A stretch of 64,000 nucleotides of DNA from a virus (taxonomy: Duplodnaviria > Caudoviricetes), in the IMG/VR virus record IMGVR_UViG_3300033121_000719, positions 32,001 through 96,000 of that record. One strand, written 5' to 3'. The notes under the pieces were generated by a model, which made no database searches, had not been told where the DNA came from, and was given only the letters and a program-made list of their open reading frames with translations. The position numbers and the translations under genes were made by a program. Shown here piece after piece: positions 58,406 through 64,000 of the stretch. Position 1 is the stretch's first letter; each line of letters opens with the position of its first letter.

Positions 58406-59292
58406 GCTAAAATCATCCCTTCAAATTCACTTTGATTATCAACTAAATATTTTGGATGGGTTTCATAAGAGATTGGGACTTTTGTAAATGTAGATGGTCT
58501 TCCAAACAAGTCTGATCCAACAGATAAACAATTATCAATCTTTCTTTTTATTCCGTCTTTAACCCAATCTTGATTGAGAGATTGTTCACCCCAAGATTCT
58601 ATTTTTAGTTTTACATTTGAATACCCACCCATGTATGAAAAATGCCATCCAGCGTTTTGAATAAACTCACCCTCTTTAAAATTTCTCATTACACAGAATG
58701 AATTTTTTCTAAACGTTTTAAATCTCATAAGCATATTTCCATACCACCTTTCATTCTTTAGAACATTCAAATAATACCAATAAAAATCATGTTGTAAGTG
58801 ATATACTGTATTCGTATTGCTTGAGCAAATAAGTTCACCAATGATTTCATTTCTTGGAATCTCATCACAGTCTCCTAATATGACAATATCATCATCATTT
58901 ACACCAGCATTTATTAATGGTCGTATCAAAATCTCTTTTTCAAAAGAATCGTTTCCGTATGATAATACATTTTTATCCCAATGCGTTTGAGCTTTTAGCT
59001 TATCTATAACAAGATTATATGAAGTATCTCTTTGAGAATACTTCAAATCTGTATATTCAATAGGAGTATCAAATACTGTTTGATATATGATTTTATTCTT
59101 ATATTTTTTGAATAAATGTTCGTTTGATACAAAATTGAATGGCTTTTGTTTTCCACTATGAGTGAAACACGATTCACTAATCACAAAATAATCTACAACA
59201 TCATAAAGTTCTTCAATTTTTAATTTCAACAATTCAATTTCATTAAAGAACTGAAAACAACAGTAAACTTTATTGCTCATGCAATACTCCAT
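58402..59292 (-). CDS. GT17-like N-acetylglucosaminyltransferase
   Basis: FFNE.ELL, VDYFVISE..THSG..KP, GDCDEIP, GWHFSY. Confidence 0.85.
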   Translation of the reverse strand: MEYCMSNKVYCCFQFFNEIELLKLKIEELYDVVDYFVISESCFTHSGKQKPFNFVSNEHLFKKYKNKIIYQTVFDTPIEYTDLKYSQRDTSYNLVIDKLKAQTHWDKNVLSYGNDSFEKEILIRPLINAGVNDDDIVILGDCDEIPRNEIIGELICSSNTNTVYHLQHDFYWYYLNVLKNERWYGNMLMRFKTFRKNSFCVMRNFKEGEFIQNAGWHFSYMGGYSNVKLKIESWGEQSLNQDWVKDGIKRKIDNCLSVGSDLFGRPSTFTKVPISYETHPKYLVDNQSEFEGMILA

Positions 59293-60151
59293 CCCTATCT
59301 AAAAAGTTGAATTTAAAGGTTTCTATATGGGAACTAGCCCAATGATTTCTGTTATGTTTAGCCCAACCATAAGGTGCTATGGTATATTTAGATTTCTCGT
59401 TTAACCAAGCTGGTATAATAGCAAAAGAACTGTTGCTCATTATCAAATACTTTGCATTTGCTACACAAAAATAATCAGTTCCAATTGAAAAATGATATGT
59501 TTTGTATGGAATAATACTACTTGCATATTGGACATCATCTGTTATACAGATAAATTTCATCTTTGGATTTATTCTTTTCATGTAAGCTATTGAATCATTC
59601 CAGTATTTTTGAGAAAGCAAAACATCAGGCATTGAACGATATTCAGAACCACCACGAACATTTATTACACACGTATCATCATCAAGCTCTATATTTTCTT
59701 TTTTCAAAACATCGTTGGATTGTTCAACAAAATCATCTTTGAAAGTTAACCAGTTACGGATATTATTTTTTTCACTTTTAAAATATCTTGCATCTTGACA
59801 GCATCTTATGAAAAGTTTAGTTTCATCTTTTATGTTCCAAATATCAGGATCATATTCGTGCCAATCAATACTATCACCATCTGGATGTGTTATGTGCTGA
59901 TATTTTTCCCTCCATATGTTTTCAACTCCAACTGGAAGTTCATCATATCCGCAGTTATTTTCAATTCCATAATCAATATTTAAAAAATACAGTTGCTCAC
60001 TCCCTCCATAATAGTCATATGACGGATGTTTATTGAATCCAAACTGATAGTTATTATGTTCTGCTACCATTCTGGTGACAGTATATATAAATAAATTGTT
60101 TCCACAGTTTCCAGAAAGTCCAGCGGTTATCATTATTTTCTCTCTTCCCAT
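59270..60151 (-). CDS. GT11 alpha-1,2-fucosyltransferase-like
   Basis: G..GN.LF.Y, Q...YF, INVRG, ITDD, IMSNSSF..AWL. Confidence 0.8.
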   Translation of the reverse strand: MGREKIMITAGLSGNCGNNLFIYTVTRMVAEHNNYQFGFNKHPSYDYYGGSEQLYFLNIDYGIENNCGYDELPVGVENIWREKYQHITHPDGDSIDWHEYDPDIWNIKDETKLFIRCCQDARYFKSEKNNIRNWLTFKDDFVEQSNDVLKKENIELDDDTCVINVRGGSEYRSMPDVLLSQKYWNDSIAYMKRINPKMKFICITDDVQYASSIIPYKTYHFSIGTDYFCVANAKYLIMSNSSFAIIPAWLNEKSKYTIAPYGWAKHNRNHWASSHIETFKFNFLDRDGVLHEQ

Positions 60152-60795
60152 TTGTTGGTAAAAATATAGAATAAAGACCTCTCAACTATATGTGATTCTG
60201 ATGGTATCCTTGTGTAGTCCACAAAACCCATGATTTTTCTATAAAAATTTCTACTATAAAACAATATATTTTGCTTTGGAACAATGTATTGACCACCTGG
60301 CGCAAATCTAACCCATTCAGGATATGCAACGTTTTCAAACATAACATCTAAAAACTGATTATAGTTTGAGAAAAACCTGTTTGTTTCCTGTCCGTGAGTT
60401 GATATATGAGAAGAAATATACCAACTGTTATTTATCTCCATATATCCACCATCAAAATCTTTCTTATGTGCAAAAGATTCTGGAACGTTGTCATATGCTT
60501 CTATAGGTGTGAAATCATTTCTGACTATTAGTCTATTGAATACTTCTTCTCTACAGTGGTCAAATGGATTTCCCTCTAAAAAAGCAATTGTTTCTGGCAA
60601 TCTATCGTAGTTATTATAGATATAATGACATATATCGTATATGTTATATCCAACATTTGGCACTTTTACAACATGATTGTCATATGGTAAATCATTACTT
60701 TTGTCATATATTAAATAATTGTTAGTATATTTTGTTATCCAGTCAATATTGTTTTTCCATTGAGAGATAACAAAAAAGGTATTTGTTTTACACAT
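60133..60795 (-). CDS. DUF3431-like protein
   Basis: IYDK, PNVG, YI..NYD.LP...FL.G.PFDH, GGQYIV, ER. Confidence 0.7.
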   Translation of the reverse strand: MCKTNTFFVISQWKNNIDWITKYTNNYLIYDKSNDLPYDNHVVKVPNVGYNIYDICHYIYNNYDRLPETIAFLEGNPFDHCREEVFNRLIVRNDFTPIEAYDNVPESFAHKKDFDGGYMEINNSWYISSHISTHGQETNRFFSNYNQFLDVMFENVAYPEWVRFAPGGQYIVPKQNILFYSRNFYRKIMGFVDYTRIPSESHIVERSLFYIFTNKWEERK

Positions 60796-61066
60796 TTTTC
60801 TCCATCATCAACATCCTGTTGTTATCTATTTCATATTCATTTACACTAAAAATATTAGAAATGTTATCTCGCATCATTTTATAAAAATCACTGTGTCCAG
60901 CACAGTGCATCGTGTTATAGGCTAGATATGCAAACCTTACAGAATTCCATACAGTATTAAACAGTACTTGTCTATATGCCAAATCCCAACCTTGAGAAAC
61001 AAGTGGGCTTGCTAATCTTGTTAGATATTCAACGATTTTTTGAACTTGATCTGCATCAAAATCCAT
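60788..61066 (-). CDS. Hypothetical protein
   Basis: ORF with RBS. Confidence 0.45.
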   Translation of the reverse strand: MDFDADQVQKIVEYLTRLASPLVSQGWDLAYRQVLFNTVWNSVRFAYLAYNTMHCAGHSDFYKMMRDNISNIFSVNEYEIDNNRMLMMEKNV

Positions 61067-61082
61067 TTTATTTTATCCTTTT

Positions 61083-61733
61083 TTATTCTTTATAAGGCCA
61101 TACTGGAAGATTTCTATGATAACCAAATGGGATAACATTTAAATTTTCAGCCATTGGTGTTTCGTATGAAAATTCAACAGCCACAGTTAATGGTGCATAT
61201 TTTATCCCATTTTTTAAAAACTCTGACTTCCAATAGCAACAAATATTACCATCCTCATTATAATATCCTTGTTCTTCTTTTAGATAATATCCCATTCTTG
61301 ACGGGAGTTCCATAAGTTTTCGTGATCTTAAACTAAAACCACCATTACCAACCCTTGATCTTGTTCCGTCATTAGCCATATAAGAGTTTGGAACTACAGG
61401 CCAAGGACTTCCAATATAATCAAAATATAACCAGTTATCATCCCACTTTTTAGGATTTAATATCCTTGCGTGATCTTGAACTGTCAAACAATGTGATGTA
61501 TCAACATATTTATATAAACTAAGAAACATAAAGTTGTTGTATACATTTATGTTTGTTATGTTTTCACATTCACAAAACTCAATTTTATCAGGTAAGTTAT
61601 CTGGTTTTTTATTTGACAATAATTTGATCGCACCAAATTGAATAGATTCTGAACATTCAAGTAATGATAGAATAGTATTATTGATTCTTTCAGTACAATC
61701 AACAGCTATTAATGTAACATTAGTAGATTCCAT
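61083..61733 (-). CDS. DUF5672-like putative glycosyltransferase
   Basis: FDYIGSPW, VGNGGFSLRS, NED, FSYE, PFGYH. Confidence 0.75.
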   Translation of the reverse strand: MESTNVTLIAVDCTERINNTILSLLECSESIQFGAIKLLSNKKPDNLPDKIEFCECENITNINVYNNFMFLSLYKYVDTSHCLTVQDHARILNPKKWDDNWLYFDYIGSPWPVVPNSYMANDGTRSRVGNGGFSLRSRKLMELPSRMGYYLKEEQGYYNEDGNICCYWKSEFLKNGIKYAPLTVAVEFSYETPMAENLNVIPFGYHRNLPVWPYKE

Positions 61734-62415
61734 GTTTTCCTAGTATATAATTGTTTTCTTTTTGTATAAGCTCTGGCGTTATTTTTGAGGAAATTGATTC
61801 TCCCCATAGATAATTTATAACAGTCGCATCCTTTCCAATAAAAGGATTTCCATATTTTTTATATAAATAATAGTACCAATCGCAATCATAGGCGTAATTT
61901 AGATTTTTATCCATTCCAGGAATATCATTTGTGTTTTTTATTGTAATACAACTAGGAGTTCCTATTGTGTTTGCAATCATAATACTTGGATTCATATATG
62001 GAATATGAAGATTGTATGTTGATTTTCTGTCGTTACTATGAAAATATGGGTGAGCATACCACACTCTATTGTTATTATATAAATCTAGGTTGATATAAAA
62101 CAATGAATAATCATTGTATAAATAGTCGTCCTGACATAATATTTTTATATATTCTCCTGTTGACAACTTGATTGCATTTGTTGTGTTAGCTGAAGGATTT
62201 CCAATATCTTGAGTATTTCTAAAATATTTTATGTAAAGTCTATCATCCCATTTTTTACATAGATTCATAATTTCATTATCTTGGCTGTGGTCTGATATTA
62301 CAACGTCAAAATCTCTGAATACTTGAGTATTCATCTTACAGAATGAATACTCAAGAACCTCAGCACCTTTGCCATGATATTCATAAGTTGGAATTGCTAT
62401 TGATATTTTTGTCAT
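61720..62415 (-). CDS. GT2 glycosyltransferase
   Basis: ISIAIPTY, VVISDHS, KILCQDD, IGTPS, D.DWY. Confidence 0.8.
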   Translation of the reverse strand: MTKISIAIPTYEYHGKGAEVLEYSFCKMNTQVFRDFDVVISDHSQDNEIMNLCKKWDDRLYIKYFRNTQDIGNPSANTTNAIKLSTGEYIKILCQDDYLYNDYSLFYINLDLYNNNRVWYAHPYFHSNDRKSTYNLHIPYMNPSIMIANTIGTPSCITIKNTNDIPGMDKNLNYAYDCDWYYYLYKKYGNPFIGKDATVINYLWGESISSKITPELIQKENNYILGKHGIY

Positions 62416-63128
62416 TCTTTTCTTTTCTCCATTAGAAAGTTTTTCATCTTTGAACAATCCATGCTTACATTTGTTGGCATTGTGTCATCAATTTTTCCAT
62501 CAGTTGGTTTTACATTAGGATTTGTTTTTATGGCAAGCTCGTAGACACTTTTTAATTCTGTTCCAACATTATATACACCAACAGCATTGTTCTTAATTAA
62601 CTCTACTATTAGTCTTGCTATTACGTCAATTGAATCAAAATTTCCTACTTGGCTTGTTATACCAAAAGCATAGGGAAATGGATTTGGTTTGAAGGAAGTT
62701 CTAATCAGTAAATAGTTTTTCATTCTTGCTTGCACGTAAGCATCACCCAATAATTTCGTATAACTATAAAAGTTGCGGGCATGTACTGGAACGTCTTCTT
62801 CAGTGGCATTATCTACTGACCCACCATAAATATAGTCCGTACTTATGTGAACAAGTTTTTTGCCAAGCATAAAACAACTGTCTACCAAGTCCATAACTCC
62901 AAGATAGTTCACATCCCAATGGAGTTCTTTTTCTTTTGAATATGTTGATGTGTTTGCAATACAATTCAAGATAGTATTATATCTTCCAACATAGTTTATA
63001 TATGTTTCAGGATTTCTAATATCAATCCCGTTATTCTTTCTGCTTACCATCCCCCAATTGGTGAGCGTTTTTATTTCTGTAGCAAGTCTTCCGTCACCTA
63101 AAATTAAAACATCATCGTACATTCTCAT
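62412..63128 (-). CDS. RmlD-like NDP-4-keto-sugar reductase
   Basis: LGDG.L, VHISTDYIY, YSYTKLLG. Confidence 0.85.
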   Translation of the reverse strand: MRMYDDVLILGDGRLATEIKTLTNWGMVSRKNNGIDIRNPETYINYVGRYNTILNCIANTSTYSKEKELHWDVNYLGVMDLVDSCFMLGKKLVHISTDYIYGGSVDNATEEDVPVHARNFYSYTKLLGDAYVQARMKNYLLIRTSFKPNPFPYAFGITSQVGNFDSIDVIARLIVELIKNNAVGVYNVGTELKSVYELAIKTNPNVKPTDGKIDDTMPTNVSMDCSKMKNFLMEKRKE

Positions 63129-63999
63129 ATCCTTTTAAAACATCTTCAACATAATTGAAAATATCATCATCATATAGAGGCGAAGCACCAATAAAGAACA
63201 CGTGGTCTAAGACTTTATTTGCCTCTGGATATTCTCTAAAATCTCCTAAATGAGCAAACCCCTTGTGCATAAGAATATTGCCTGCAAAATAATGTCTTGT
63301 CTGAATAAGGTTTGTTTCAAGATAACTTAATAGTTTATGTTTTTGTTCAGAGTTGTTACATACAATAGGTGTTCCAAACCAAGATGTTTCAGCACCGCCA
63401 ATTTCGCTTGGAATATGGACATTGGTTACATATTTTAAAATTAAATTAGACAAAACCTTCTTGCTCTTTTTACGATTTTCATGTATGCTGTCTATTTTAT
63501 TTAGTTGTTCCAAACCAATAGCACCCTGCAAATCCAATGGTTGCAAATTATATCCCATTCCAGTAAATACGTATTTATGGTCAACCACACCATCATAGTT
63601 TTCAATCCATTTATCAAAACGATGTTTGCAAATCCCATCTGGAAGTAAGTTTTCAGTACCAGAACATACACAACCTCTTGCCCAAGTGCTATAATTTCTT
63701 GCATAGTTAATAATGTTTCTGTTATCTGAGATAACCATTCCACCATGAATGGTGGAAATATGATGAGCCGCATAGAAACTGTTGCTTGAAGCTACTGCAT
63801 ATTCATTTAGGTATTTACCCCTCCACTTGCTTCCAAGACTATCACAGTTATCAAGGATCAATTTAAGACCATGTTTTTCACATAAAAACAGGATTTTATC
63901 AAAGTCAGGAGGATTCCCTAACACTGGTGAAACAAAAATTGCCTTAGTTTTTGACGTTATTTTTTCCTCAATTTTATCTAAATTGAAATTCAGTGTATC
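63112..63999 (-). CDS. RfbH/DdhC-like PLP-dependent 3-dehydratase (DegT family), 5' truncated by the window edge
   Basis: LGNP, DNCDSLG, SFYAAHHIST (His in place of Lys), WARGCVC..C, HKYVF..GYNL, TR.YFAGN. Confidence 0.85.
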   Translation of the reverse strand, partial: DTLNFNLDKIEEKITSKTKAIFVSPVLGNPPDFDKILFLCEKHGLKLILDNCDSLGSKWRGKYLNEYAVASSNSFYAAHHISTIHGGMVISDNRNIINYARNYSTWARGCVCSGTENLLPDGICKHRFDKWIENYDGVVDHKYVFTGMGYNLQPLDLQGAIGLEQLNKIDSIHENRKKSKKVLSNLILKYVTNVHIPSEIGGAETSWFGTPIVCNNSEQKHKLLSYLETNLIQTRHYFAGNILMHKGFAHLGDFREYPEANKVLDHVFFIGASPLYDDDIFNYVEDVLKGYENVR

Positions 64000-64000
64000 C

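Noticed and set aside
59-63773. Short antisense or nested ORFs in the track (e.g. 873-1094, 9185-9475, 13164-13532, 39216-39509, 57554-57874)
   Set aside because: They are shadows of longer motif-bearing genes and lack RBS or recognisable motifs.
1-64000. Alternative genetic code
   Set aside because: Long genes are intact under code 11 with dense coding, and all three stop codons are used as terminators.

Overview
AT-rich segment of a large tailed-phage or prophage genome, SPbeta-like in layout (inferred from gene order). The host cannot be determined, but the signals are sigma70/SigA-type promoters and strong Shine-Dalgarno sites. The + strand (1-24.2 kb) carries a tyrosine recombinase, tape measure, Dit, a split tail protein, Ser/Gly-rich tail and fibre proteins, and two GH25-like lysins. 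A bidirectional terminator follows. The - strand (24.2-64 kb) carries nucleotide metabolism and replication genes: nrdJ with a group I intron, dnaE with two inteins, primase-helicase, SSB and a Sak4-like ATPase. After these come a CmoA-like/Asn-synthetase-like/C5-MTase DNA-modification operon, an accessory region of small genes and methyltransferases, tRNA-Gln, a second tyrosine recombinase and a ~10-kb glycosylation cluster. Four signals stand out. (1) About 19 copies of an inverted-repeat site with a fixed 6-bp spacer (aTAAAA-N6-TTTTAt) sit at gene junctions across 41.7-50.7 kb, resembling a recombinase-driven gene-cassette array. (2) A tail gene is split by an endonuclease plus an Ntn-hydrolase (proteasome-beta/Connectase-like) domain, with a duplicated junction peptide that suggests protein-level rejoining. 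(3) A probable carboxymethyl-cytosine hypermodification operon. (4) An SGS motif enriched in virion proteins alongside many glycosyltransferases. All family assignments come from motif recognition by eye; no database search was run.
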